A stretch of 64,000 bases of DNA from a virus (taxonomy: Duplodnaviria > Caudoviricetes). Position 1 is the first letter of the stretch, and each line of letters starts with the position of its first letter. Of the stretch, positions 29,156-37,907 are shown piece by piece. The DNA lies in the IMG/VR virus record IMGVR_UViG_3300037400_003797, positions 1 to 64,000 of that record; one strand, written 5' to 3'. The notes below the pieces were generated by a model. It searched no databases. It saw only the letters and a program-made list of their open reading frames with translations, and was not told where the DNA came from. Position numbers and translations under genes: made by a program.

Positions 29156-30298
29156 CTATTTACTTCCTTTTACATGAACATCAAGAAGCAGATAGCCCTT
29201 GTATGATGATTTTTCGTAAACAAAGCCGTTTGATTCCATTGCAGAGCGGAAATCTTTCATCTGCTGCATTGTGGCTCTCATAAGGATAGGCTCGGAAGCA
29301 ATTCCGCATTGTTTAGCGAGTGTTGCAATAGGCATTGTCACATAGAAGTCAAAGAGTTTTTCTATCGGCTGTTTTGGCTGTTCCGGCTGAACTTCTGTTA
29401 CTTCGTGTGTGCTGAAATCAACATTATAGGTCGGGGCATTTTCTCCGAGTATTTCTTTTTCCTGTTCTACTATCTTTGCCATAGCGTTAGGAGCTTCCGC
29501 CCACTGTTTGTTACGCTCTTCTTCCGCTTTTCTTTCGGCTTCAAGCTGGGCTTTGCGTTCTTCTTCTTCCTGCAGGCGTTTTCTGTTCTCCCGGAGTTCA
29601 GCACCACGGCGCAAGGTTGCCTGTAAATCAAGTGTGGTAAGATACAATTCTTTGAGTGTCGCGGTGTCCTCTCCGAACTGTTCAATGCTCTGTAAGTCGC
29701 CTGTGATACGGTCAATGATATGTGCAATATCATCATGAATCTGTTTTGTTTTGTAGGTTTTGTTAAGCCATTTATCGTTGAAGATTCTTTCAAGCGGAAC
29801 AAGATTGAAGTCGTACACTTTCCAGATGTCGGCAATTTCGGCGCGTTTTGCTTCTTTCTCTCTTCGCTCTTCTTCCTTAACAACGCCGTCAAGCTGAATT
29901 GTGCAGCTTTTGACAAGGTTTACTGATTCGCTTACAAGGTCTTTGAATCCGTTGAAGGGCTGCATCCATTCCTTTTCATAGGCGATACGAGCGTCATTCA
30001 TCTGTTTTGCGAGAGTGTTTAATTTTGCCTTGCGGTCGGCGGCTTTTTTCGGGTTTCCGATATATTCTTCGATTGAGAAGTTATCTGTAAGGGCTTTGAT
30101 TGAATCCCTAATAATCCTTGCGTTTGTTGTCAGAGTTCCGATTTTCATATCGGCAACGAAATTCAATGATTCAATCGGCAAGATTGCGATTTCGTTCTTT
30201 GGCTCTTCTGCCGTAAGTTCTGGCTGAACTACAGTTTCTTTTTCCTGTTCTGTCTGATTCTCTGGAACAAGTACATTCTTTTTTGTTGTTCTAGGCAT
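29156..30298 (-). CDS. DUF1351-like phage protein
   Basis: KAKLN...YEKEWMQPF...IFNDKWLNKT, coiled-coil. Confidence 0.75.
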   Translation of the reverse strand: MPRTTKKNVLVPENQTEQEKETVVQPELTAEEPKNEIAILPIESLNFVADMKIGTLTTNARIIRDSIKALTDNFSIEEYIGNPKKAADRKAKLNTLAKQMNDARIAYEKEWMQPFNGFKDLVSESVNLVKSCTIQLDGVVKEEERREKEAKRAEIADIWKVYDFNLVPLERIFNDKWLNKTYKTKQIHDDIAHIIDRITGDLQSIEQFGEDTATLKELYLTTLDLQATLRRGAELRENRKRLQEEEERKAQLEAERKAEEERNKQWAEAPNAMAKIVEQEKEILGENAPTYNVDFSTHEVTEVQPEQPKQPIEKLFDFYVTMPIATLAKQCGIASEPILMRATMQQMKDFRSAMESNGFVYEKSSYKGYLLLDVHVKGSK

Positions 30299-30314
30299 TG
30301 TGTTTTTCTCCTCT

Positions 30315-30424
30315 AAAAAAAAGAAAGCCGTCTGTATTCTTGCCTCTACAGACGGCTTAAAATGTCGCTTTCACGACACACCGCATAAAGCGGTTTAGAA
30401 AAGGCAAGATATTTTCTAAACCGT
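30315..30424 (-). promoter_or_regulatory. Paired-loop attenuator leader B
   Basis: UCUUGCCU in upstream hairpin versus AGGCAAGA in terminator loop; TTGACA-18-TATGAT at 30463-30492. Confidence 0.7.
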
Positions 30425-30601
30425 TCTATTTACGAATTGCTTTATTAAGCAATTCTAAAGCAATCATATTGCTAAATAGCGTAATTTGTCAATAAGAAAA
30501 TTATGTAATTAAGCAATTTTTAGTTTGATTCTATGTGATTTTCGTATATTTACTATGTTTCCGGGCAATAAAAAAGGCTTGCGATGAAGCAAGCCCTGTT
30601 T

Positions 30602-30910
30602 TCAGTCGTAATATAAAGGCGTATCGTATGATACGCGCAATGTTTTGTTTCTGATTCCTTCGGCGAATTGCGCAAGTCGTTTCTTTCCGTACTCGATTGT
30701 TCCGCCGCTCTGGTAATTGTGTCCGTTCAGAAAAAGCCGCATAAATCCACGGTTCGGAAGTTCTGGAATATCAATCAGAAAGATATAATTTTTACCGATT
30801 CTGATTTCTTCAATCAGCTCATAGCGTTCAAGCTCTTTCTTGTCGTGACAAAGCGGGTAAGCGATTTTCTGCCATTCTTCCCATTTGCCATAGTTGCGGT
30901 TCAGCTTCAT
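30602..30910 (-). CDS. Hypothetical protein
   Basis: MKLNRNYG..., GGAGG RBS; hairpin at about 30570-30600 downstream. Confidence 0.65.
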   Translation of the reverse strand: MKLNRNYGKWEEWQKIAYPLCHDKKELERYELIEEIRIGKNYIFLIDIPELPNRGFMRLFLNGHNYQSGGTIEYGKKRLAQFAEGIRNKTLRVSYDTPLYYD

Positions 30911-30911
30911 G

Positions 30912-31085
30912 TTATGCCTCCGGGAATTCAACCTTTACGACTTTGTGCATATCGTCAGATACGACACCAAGATTAAACCAATTACCCATGTAATATCTAG
31001 CGATACCCTCGCGTCCTACGGCTGCATTGTAATCTGTTGTCATTGTTTCGCCGTTATCGAATGTCACTCTTACTGTGTCTAACAT
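30912..31085 (-). CDS. Small hypothetical protein (57 aa, not in ORF track)
   Basis: MLDTVRVTFDNG...; AGGAG RBS. Confidence 0.6.
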   Translation of the reverse strand: MLDTVRVTFDNGETMTTDYNAAVGREGIARYYMGNWFNLGVVSDDMHKVVKVEFPEA

Positions 31086-31086
31086 A

Positions 31087-31242
31087 TTACGCTCCTATTT
31101 CTGAATAAAAAATCTGGGCAAGGAATTCACCGTTTTTGTAAACATGAAAATCCGTGTGATGAAAAAAGACATTCAGATTCTTTCCAAATTCCTTTTCGCA
31201 GAAACCCAAGACTTTGTTTTTTCTTGATTCTGTAAGTTTCAT
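31087..31242 (-). CDS. Small hypothetical protein (51 aa, not in ORF track)
   Basis: MKLTESRKNK...; AAGGAG RBS. Confidence 0.55.
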   Translation of the reverse strand: MKLTESRKNKVLGFCEKEFGKNLNVFFHHTDFHVYKNGEFLAQIFYSEIGA

Positions 31243-31405
31243 AAGCCACTCCTTGCAAGGTCTGAATCACCCTACATTTATAATATACACTAATATTTTA
31301 TATCTGTCAATTAAAAATGTATATCATAGGTGTAAAAAGTTCAATAATTATGAAATAAATTAAATTATAGTTGCTAAAAATAAAATTATGGTGTATATAT
31401 GAAGT

Positions 31406-31624
31406 ATGGATATTGTAGAATACATCAAGCTGTGTTGCGTGAAAAAAAATGACATTTCTCTTAGGCAGATTGCCTTAAACGCTGGAATATCACCGCAGAA
31501 TCTAAGCAATAAAATTGCAAAAGGTTCTTTCTATCTCCGTGATATTGAAAAAATTGCAGCCGCATTAAATGCGGATTTGGAAATCAAGTTTATTGACCGG
31601 GAAACAGGAAAGGCGATTATATGA
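31406..31624 (+). CDS. XRE/Cro-like HTH regulator
   Basis: SLRQIALNAGISPQNLSNK...EKIAAAL. Confidence 0.8.
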   Translation: MDIVEYIKLCCVKKNDISLRQIALNAGISPQNLSNKIAKGSFYLRDIEKIAAALNADLEIKFIDRETGKAII

Positions 31625-31935
31625 GCGATTTTGATTTCAGTAAGGTTACTTGTGACAATATAAAGTTTATTCCTCAAAAATCACAGTCTATAAAAGACCT
31701 TGAAAAAGAGTACGAAAAGCAGAGTAAATACATCTTAGATAAAATAAATGAAAAATACTCCAACTCTATTATGTCTGACAGAATCAAGCTGCAAAGGCGA
31801 CAGGAACTTATGGGGTTAAAAAGAATGTTTCTTGACCCGATTTCAGAAAGAATCACGCAGCTTGCAAAAGTTGAAGTAAATACTGCAATGATTCAGATTA
31901 GTGTTGATATAGATTTACCAATCTCCGCGACATAA
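31621..31935 (+). CDS. Hypothetical protein
   Basis: Coupled to upstream HTH gene. Confidence 0.6.
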   Translation: MSDFDFSKVTCDNIKFIPQKSQSIKDLEKEYEKQSKYILDKINEKYSNSIMSDRIKLQRRQELMGLKRMFLDPISERITQLAKVEVNTAMIQISVDIDLPISAT

Positions 31936-32202
31936 ATCTATAACATAAGAAGTGTGCTTAGATTCGTCTGTGTGCCAGCCTTGAACTAGGATGCAAATTA
32001 CTTTATCTTCATAAAAAAATACACGCCTAGAGCCTTGATTGTTTTCAAGCGGATAAACATAACATTTTCCATTCTGCTTCAAATCATATTCAGTCAGATT
32101 CTTTTTTATCATGTACTCTCTGATAATATTATCAATCTTTCTAAATGCAAATTGCAGCCGTTTTGAGATTGTATCTTGAATATGTTTTTCAAACTCTGTC
32201 AT
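31915..32202 (-). CDS. Hypothetical protein
   Basis: 95 aa ORF. Confidence 0.6.
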   Translation of the reverse strand: MTEFEKHIQDTISKRLQFAFRKIDNIIREYMIKKNLTEYDLKQNGKCYVYPLENNQGSRRVFFYEDKVICILVQGWHTDESKHTSYVIDLCRGDW

Positions 32203-32548
32203 AAGATTGTTTGTCCTCTAGGTCGCTGTAATAAAAGATTATTTCCTTTCCTTTTGCCTGTGCATAGTGCCATTCTCTGATTGCGCCTTTTGAATTGCGC
32301 CAATCTGGAAGCATGAAGAGAGCGTCACAGCAATCTATAAGCGCGAAGTCGATATGTAAAAATTGCTCGTATGAAAAAAAATCATACTCGCCGATTTTGC
32401 AGGGATTTATGACTTTAAAGCCTTTTTCTGTAAGTATTCTTTCGGCTTCGGCAAACTTTTTTACATAGTTTTCATCACCTGTAATTTTCCCGCTGATGTA
32501 GATAATTTTATTCAATTTCATCTTCCTTGTTTTCGTTTTCACGGTCAA
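32189..32548 (-). CDS. DUF4406-like protein
   Basis: IYISGKITG, VINP, CDALFMLPDWRNSKGA. Confidence 0.8.
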   Translation of the reverse strand: MTVKTKTRKMKLNKIIYISGKITGDENYVKKFAEAERILTEKGFKVINPCKIGEYDFFSYEQFLHIDFALIDCCDALFMLPDWRNSKGAIREWHYAQAKGKEIIFYYSDLEDKQSYDRV

Positions 32549-32624
32549 ACAGATTCAAATATACGGCACTTGCGGCTAGTCCGCCGATTAAGATAACAAG
32601 CACAATAGATATAACGATTTCCAT
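32508..32624 (-). CDS. Small single-TM peptide (38 aa, not in ORF track)
   Basis: MEIVISIVLVILIGGLAASAV... Confidence 0.5.
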   Translation of the reverse strand: MEIVISIVLVILIGGLAASAVYLNLFDRENENKEDEIE

Positions 32625-32627
32625 AGC

Positions 32628-32783
32628 TTAATCCTTGCAAAGCGCGTCTGAAATAAACATTCCGGCAATGTTAAGGCAAATCAGCAGGAATACTTCTAAA
32701 GCCCTGTTGTTTATATTCATCTGTACAAATTCAATGGCAAAACAACCGAATATATAACCGACTGTGAACTTTTTAATTTTCAT
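32628..32783 (-). CDS. Small membrane protein (51 aa, not in ORF track)
   Basis: MKIKKFTVGYIFG...; GGGAG RBS. Confidence 0.5.
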   Translation of the reverse strand: MKIKKFTVGYIFGCFAIEFVQMNINNRALEVFLLICLNIAGMFISDALCKD

Positions 32784-32801
32784 GCGTCACGCTCCCTTTC
32801 T

Positions 32802-32831
32802 TCCCGGCATTACGCCGGGAGATTTCAAGAT
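32802..32831 (-). promoter_or_regulatory. DGR cis element after VR2 (motif plus hairpin)
   Basis: Minus strand ATCTTGAAATC then TCCCGGC-GTAAT-GCCGGGA. Confidence 0.8.
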
Positions 32832-32837
32832 ATGAGT

Positions 32838-33632
32838 TTACTCGCTATCAGCGGTAAACTCGAAAGCGGGCGCAACGCCGCCACCAGTATAACCCGCATA
32901 GCCGCCGCCGCTATAACCGGCGTCGTCGACCGCGCAGAAGTAGGCGGAGTTCGACGCATAAGGCGTTTTCAGCCACCACCACCATGTATCGTTTTCAAAA
33001 GCAAGAGCTTTGATTCTGTTTTTAATCGCCTTGAAGTACGGCATAAAATCCTTGCTGTCCTCATTGAAAACATTGTCTTTTGAGAGCAGGGAAACATTGA
33101 CTTTTCCTGTGTATTCTTTGAGAGCTTTTGCAAAGTGTTTAGCAAGGTAGACACCGAGCGGTGTTTCTTCAAACGGCTTGCCGGATTCTTCATAATCAAC
33201 ATCATGTCTGAAAAGAATATCCTCAAAGTTGAAAACTACACGGCGCGGCTCAACATGAACGGCGGTAATGACAACATTTTCAAGGTCAATTTCGTCAAAT
33301 TCTTCACCTTCACAATCTTTGACGGCTGGAACTTTGAAATGCGGAATAAGAATCTGCTGACCCGCTGTTACATATTTATCAGCTTCGCCGTTGTTACACC
33401 ATTTGCGGAGCATTTGAAAAATTGTTGTAGAATAAACGCCGGGGTGGGCGATAGACATTATTTCAGCGTATTCAACTTTTCGTGATTCAGCCTTTTCTTC
33501 CTGTTCCTCACGAATTCCCGGTTCAGCAATATCAACGGTATAAACATTTCCGTCAAAAGTTTTCTTTTTGGAAATATTCAAAATTTCCGCTCCCAAATCC
33601 TCAATCTGCTGTGCGAGCAATGCAATTTTCAT
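32838..33632 (-). CDS. Remote DGR target 2; C-terminal lectin-like variable domain
   Basis: WWWWLKTP...GGVAPAF end contains VR2; no signal peptide or TM segment seen. Confidence 0.85.
   Translation of the reverse strand: MKIALLAQQIEDLGAEILNISKKKTFDGNVYTVDIAEPGIREEQEEKAESRKVEYAEIMSIAHPGVYSTTIFQMLRKWCNNGEADKYVTAGQQILIPHFKVPAVKDCEGEEFDEIDLENVVITAVHVEPRRVVFNFEDILFRHDVDYEESGKPFEETPLGVYLAKHFAKALKEYTGKVNVSLLSKDNVFNEDSKDFMPYFKAIKNRIKALAFENDTWWWWLKTPYASNSAYFCAVDDAGYSGGGYAGYTGGGVAPAFEFTADSE
32862..32966 (-). repeat. DGR variable repeat VR2
   Basis: 105-nt ungapped match to TR 17656-17760: 22 mismatches at A, 2 at T. Confidence 0.92.
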
Positions 33633-33634
33633 GT

Positions 33635-34105
33635 TTATTTTCCCCCTTCATACAGGATATATTTGTTTTCAATCAGTTCTTTCATGTCGTCTGCCTGCAG
33701 AATTACAGGCGTTCTACCGTAAGGAATTGAAACGAACAGGTAGAAATGATGTGTGTAAGCGGCAGCTCCTTCTTTTGTAAAAGGGGCGTGTTCCCAGATA
33801 AGATTTGTTTTTGGAAAAAATGTCTTGATAATTTTTGCTGCTCTTTTGTGGTCGAACGGCTGAATATAACTTTTGCCGTCTTTCGTAATGCCGCAAAAAG
33901 TCAAAGACAGGTAATAGCAACTGTTAAGCAAACGATTCTTGAAGCCGGATTTATCCAGCAAGTTGAAAGTGCAGATTACTTTTTCTTCTTGAAAGATAAA
34001 TGTTGAGCTGTCAGAATTCTTAATGCCGTCAGTGCAGATGTTTTTAATTGCGTGTTCAATAATCTTTTCAACGGATTTTGAATCGCATTTCGGGAATGTT
34101 CTCAT
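33635..34105 (-). CDS. Hypothetical protein
   Basis: MRTFPK..., GAGGTG RBS. Confidence 0.7.
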   Translation of the reverse strand: MRTFPKCDSKSVEKIIEHAIKNICTDGIKNSDSSTFIFQEEKVICTFNLLDKSGFKNRLLNSCYYLSLTFCGITKDGKSYIQPFDHKRAAKIIKTFFPKTNLIWEHAPFTKEGAAAYTHHFYLFVSIPYGRTPVILQADDMKELIENKYILYEGGK

Positions 34106-34119
34106 AGAAACACCTCGCC

Positions 34120-34227
34120 AAAAAAGAAGGGCTTTGAAACCGTTTCGTATTCTGGCAATACTACGCGGCACAAAGCCCTAAGTCTGCATAAAGCAGTTTT
34201 GGAAAAGCCAGATAATTCCAAAAATGC
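34120..34227 (-). promoter_or_regulatory. Paired-loop attenuator leader C
   Basis: UCUGGC in upstream hairpin loop versus GCCAGA at terminator apex; TTGACA-18-TATTAT at 34333-34362. Confidence 0.65.
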
Positions 34228-34509
34228 CTTATCGTTTTTCTTCAAAAAAGGAACCCCTTGCAAGCTCTGACCCAAGCAAGGGGCAGAAGAAAAACCCAAC
34301 GATAACCTCTAAGAGGCTTGTTGATATTTAGTATAATAATACTTGTAATCGTATTATGTCAATGATAAATCGTATTGAAATCGTTATAAAATACTAAAAA
34401 GTGTAAATAGTCCGAAAAGCAGAATAAAAGGACTATAATTTACTGTTTTATACTTAATTTTGGTCGAAATATTGAATATTTGCGTAAAATTGACGATAAT
34501 ATTAGCAGA

Positions 34510-34941
34510 ATGGAAAACTTCAACGATAGATTTGAACGCCTTATAGCCGAAAAAGGCAAGAATAAGGCTGACATTGCCGATGCCGTTGGTATATCTCGTA
34601 CAGGTATGTCGTCATGGAAAGACAACGACAGAATACCACGCGCCGATGTCGCCGTAAAAATTGCAAAGATTCTTGATGTTCCTGTGGACTATCTTGTATT
34701 GGGTGAAGATGTCGGATTGAAGCCCGGAAACGAAAAATTGCCCGGAAGATTGCAGGAACTTTCGCAGGCTCAACAAGCCGTTGTAAACTCCCTTGTAGAT
34801 TTATTGAGAGCGCAAACACTCACGCCGGAAGGTGCTTCTGTTGGTACAAGGTGGCAGATGTTGCCGCCGAACAAACAGCAGATTATTCTTGATATGATGA
34901 GCGATATGGAAGCAGCGCAAAAGGGAATAGAAAGGGAATAA
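34510..34941 (+). CDS. XRE-family HTH repressor
   Basis: KADIADAVGISRTGMSSW...PVDYLVLG. Confidence 0.85.
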   Translation: MENFNDRFERLIAEKGKNKADIADAVGISRTGMSSWKDNDRIPRADVAVKIAKILDVPVDYLVLGEDVGLKPGNEKLPGRLQELSQAQQAVVNSLVDLLRAQTLTPEGASVGTRWQMLPPNKQQIILDMMSDMEAAQKGIERE

Positions 34942-35178
34942 AACAAATTATCTATAATTGATTTTACTACGGAAAAATGTAAAATTGTGACGAAAAGAGG
35001 GGTAAAATTGCTACAAATTGACGGAAATTGAATCTGTCTTTTGGTTCAATTCCCCCCATCTCCAATTTTAATAGCCGTAGTTTGTTATATTATTTGTTTA
35101 ATTATAACGAATTACGGTTTTTTTATTTTCTGCCGAAAATCATTATATAATTAAAAAGGGAATAGAAAGGGAATAAAA
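34919..35178 (+). other. Putative attP: tmRNA/tRNA 3'-end-like core (35043-35064) between two identical 25-bp arm-type repeats
   Basis: GGTTCAATTCCCCCCATCTCCA; AAAAGGGAATAGAAAGGGAATAAAA at 34919-34943 and 35154-35178; adjacent to integrase. Confidence 0.8.
35073..35124 (+). terminator. Long hairpin plus T tract after att core
   Basis: CCGTAGTTTGTTATA...TATAACGAATTACGG then T run. Confidence 0.65.
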
Positions 35179-35183
35179 TCATT

Positions 35184-36437
35184 TTGTTTAAGGAGCGGAT
35201 TGTGGAACGGCATTTATTCAAAAGAACTGAAACAAAGAACGGCAGAAAAGAAACACGGTGGTATTATTGGTTTTATGACGAGAACGGCAAGCAGGTCAAG
35301 AAGTCATGCGGTCAGCATGGGAAGCCCTGTTATCTGAAAAAAGAAGCCGAAGCCTTTTTAGCACATCTTGAAGAACAAGACCGAGAGAATCAGAGAGAAA
35401 GACAAGAAGCGCAGCAGGTGAGATTAAAAGATGTCGGCGCGAATCTTTATGACGATGATTCATTTTTTATGAAACTGAAAATGGCAAGGGGTAAAGCATT
35501 GCACTCTCAGACCATAGCTCAAAAAAAGCGGATATTGAAAAGCATAATGTCAGAATTTGGGGAAAGAATACCTAAAACGATTGAAGAAGGTGAGATTGAG
35601 AATTATATAATCTCTCTTGATTATAAAAATTCTTACAAGAATACAATCTTGGGTGTCTTTCGGGATTTGTTTTCGGAGTGCAAGCGTTTAAAAGTTGTTG
35701 AGCATAAACTTGACATTGAATGTTTTTCCCGCGTCAACACTGAAAAAAAAGATATTCTTACTTTGGAGCAATTAAAAATACTTTTCCCTTCTGACAAAAA
35801 TAAACTTGCAGAAGTATGGAGTGTAACAAAAAACGATAAATACATTGGAATTGACGGCTTGGTACATTCTTATGGTTTTATGTACGGTGTTATGTTCAGA
35901 CTTATGGCAAGCACAGGATTAAGACCGGGAGAGGTGAGGGCTGTCTGTATCGACCAGATACAAGAAGGTGGTCTTTTTGTAAATCGTATGCTTGATGTTT
36001 ATGATAATCTGTGTGCATATCTGAAAAAAGGAAATGATGAAAATAAAAAACAGCGTACGGTTTTATTACCGTCCGAAATGGCTAAATTACTTGAAGAATA
36101 TATTGCCATAAGACCAAAGTGTGAGCAAGGTTTTATTTTCTCATTCAACGGTCTTTTTGTTTCAGAAAATCGTCTTGCAAAAAGATTTAAGTATGGGATA
36201 ACTAAAGCTGGAATTTGTTCATCTGGGAAGCGTTTAAGCCCTCATTCTTTGAGATTCACATACAACACTTACACGGTAAATTCTAACCTCATTCCGGCGG
36301 AAGTTTTGCGGAAAATGATAGGTCATAACTCGCAGATTATGACAGATTACTACACAAGACCAGACCTTGAGGCACAGTTGCAGGGCTTGCAGCCGTACCA
36401 AAAAAATGTTGATGAAATCTGGAACAAAGTAAAATAA
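35184..36437 (+). CDS. int: Tyrosine integrase
   Basis: TGLRPGE, HSLR, IGH and catalytic Y (TDYY). Confidence 0.93.
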   Translation: MFKERIVERHLFKRTETKNGRKETRWYYWFYDENGKQVKKSCGQHGKPCYLKKEAEAFLAHLEEQDRENQRERQEAQQVRLKDVGANLYDDDSFFMKLKMARGKALHSQTIAQKKRILKSIMSEFGERIPKTIEEGEIENYIISLDYKNSYKNTILGVFRDLFSECKRLKVVEHKLDIECFSRVNTEKKDILTLEQLKILFPSDKNKLAEVWSVTKNDKYIGIDGLVHSYGFMYGVMFRLMASTGLRPGEVRAVCIDQIQEGGLFVNRMLDVYDNLCAYLKKGNDENKKQRTVLLPSEMAKLLEEYIAIRPKCEQGFIFSFNGLFVSENRLAKRFKYGITKAGICSSGKRLSPHSLRFTYNTYTVNSNLIPAEVLRKMIGHNSQIMTDYYTRPDLEAQLQGLQPYQKNVDEIWNKVK

Positions 36438-36484
36438 AGACCGCTACTATTTTACTTTTTGGCTTGAATGTAAAATAACGCTTG

Positions 36485-36515
36485 AAAGCTCTCTTTTTGG
36501 AAGAGGGCTTTTTTT
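36485..36515 (+). terminator. Intrinsic terminator after integrase
   Basis: AAAGCTCTCTT-TTTGG-AAGAGGGCTTTTTTT. Confidence 0.75.
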
Positions 36516-36687
36516 ATTGTCAAAAGCAATTATGATGTTTCTATAATATAGTCACGATTTCAGCAAGTAAAATCAAGATGTTACTAGATTTAATCAGCGG
36601 TCAGTCATTAGTTATTATTGATTTAGTCAGCACTCTATCAATGGATAGTCAAGATTTATCATGACAAAATCATGATACTATCATGCA

Positions 36688-36742
36688 AGATAAGAATAGA
36701 TTAGATAAGATTAGACTAGAAGAGATAAGAGAAGATGAGATA
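36688..36742 (+). repeat. Degenerate AGAnn pentamer array
   Basis: AGATA AGAAT AGATT AGATA AGATT AGACT AGAAG AGATA AGAGA AGATG AGATA. Confidence 0.8.
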
Positions 36743-36783
36743 AATTTAAAATACTTACCGCCGTAATTTTTTTTCGGCAAAAA

Positions 36784-37422
36784 TCAGTCGATGTGTTTCA
36801 AGACATAGTGAACTCTTCCGACAATTCCTAAACACTGTGAATCCTGTGGTTCTTCTTTTGTTGGATAAAGCGGATTGTCTGACTTGATGATGAACTTCCC
36901 GGAATCTTTATAAACTCGTTTTACATAACCGTCACCGTCACGCATTATTGCGTAAAGCCCTTCGCCGCTATAACCGCATGAATCGCAAAGCACCAAGTCA
37001 CCGCGCCTTAAAGTTGGTTCCATGCTGTCACCGTCAACATAAAGCAAAGCTAAGTTTTCGCCGAATTGTTTTAAGTATCGTGGCACTTCCATGTAGCCGA
37101 TTACTTGCGGTTCTTCCTGTAGGTACTGACCGTACCCGGCTGAAAGTTTTTGATTAAGTACAGGCACAAAGAATTTATCTGTGTCGGAATTTCTGACAAC
37201 TCGCCTTTCGTTTTCTTCCAGACCGTCAATCAAAAAATTAAAAGATACGCCAAAGATTTCAGAGAGCTTTTTTAGTTCCGCAATGTTCGGCAGGCTGTTT
37301 CTCTGAATTTTGATTTCAAGATTACGCGCTCCATAGCCCAATTTTTCAGACAATTCCCTTTGTGTGATACCGTTGCTTTTGCAGAGATTTTGTATTCTTT
37401 CCCAGAATGAAGTTATTTCCAT
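36784..37422 (-). CDS. CI-like repressor (HTH plus S24 peptidase)
   Basis: N-terminal HTH; SAG cleavage site, GDSMEP, VKR, SDNPLY. Confidence 0.92.
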   Translation of the reverse strand: MEITSFWERIQNLCKSNGITQRELSEKLGYGARNLEIKIQRNSLPNIAELKKLSEIFGVSFNFLIDGLEENERRVVRNSDTDKFFVPVLNQKLSAGYGQYLQEEPQVIGYMEVPRYLKQFGENLALLYVDGDSMEPTLRRGDLVLCDSCGYSGEGLYAIMRDGDGYVKRVYKDSGKFIIKSDNPLYPTKEEPQDSQCLGIVGRVHYVLKHID

Positions 37423-37570
37423 GCTCAAATTTTCGGCAGAAAACATCAAAAAAAGCACTGTTTTTTAAGAAATGTTGTGAAAAAGCACAAAAAGGTGTAA
37501 AAACTTATTGACTTTAAAATCAAACAGGTGTAAAAACAGAATCAAGACAACATCAAAACGATGTAACGAC

Positions 37571-37667
37571 AGAGCCATTAACATTACAGCGCGTTGTTAA
37601 TTGCTTTGGCAATTTGGGGAAACCCGGAAAGCCTGTTGGTTTGCGCTGAAACTGACAGGCTTTTTTT
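37571..37667 (+). promoter_or_regulatory. Paired-loop attenuator leader D
   Basis: CAGCGC in upstream hairpin loop versus GCGCUG terminator loop; TTGACT at 37508. Confidence 0.7.
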
Positions 37668-37687
37668 GTTGCAGGGGGATTGAAGGT

Positions 37688-37900
37688 ATGACAGACGCTA
37701 GAAAAGATGCGGTGTTGGCACTGACCGAGCAGATTTTGCGTGAAGCTGATGACGAGTTTAAGGGCATGGCTATTCATAAGGTCGGGGATATGTACGACAG
37801 CGTAGATATTTTCAAGGGCGTGGGCAAGATAAATGTCCGTATTGCCGGAGATAGCCCTCTTGCAATCTTCAAGGATATAGCAAGGGCGATACCTTGTTAA
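37688..37900 (+). CDS. Hypothetical protein
   Basis: MTDARKDAV...INVRIAGDSPLAIFKDI. Confidence 0.65.
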   Translation: MTDARKDAVLALTEQILREADDEFKGMAIHKVGDMYDSVDIFKGVGKINVRIAGDSPLAIFKDIARAIPC

Positions 37901-37907
37901 AAATATG

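Noticed and set aside
35043-35064. Complete tRNA or tmRNA gene
   Set aside because: Only the 3' 22 nt are present, with no matching 5' strand; interpreted as att core
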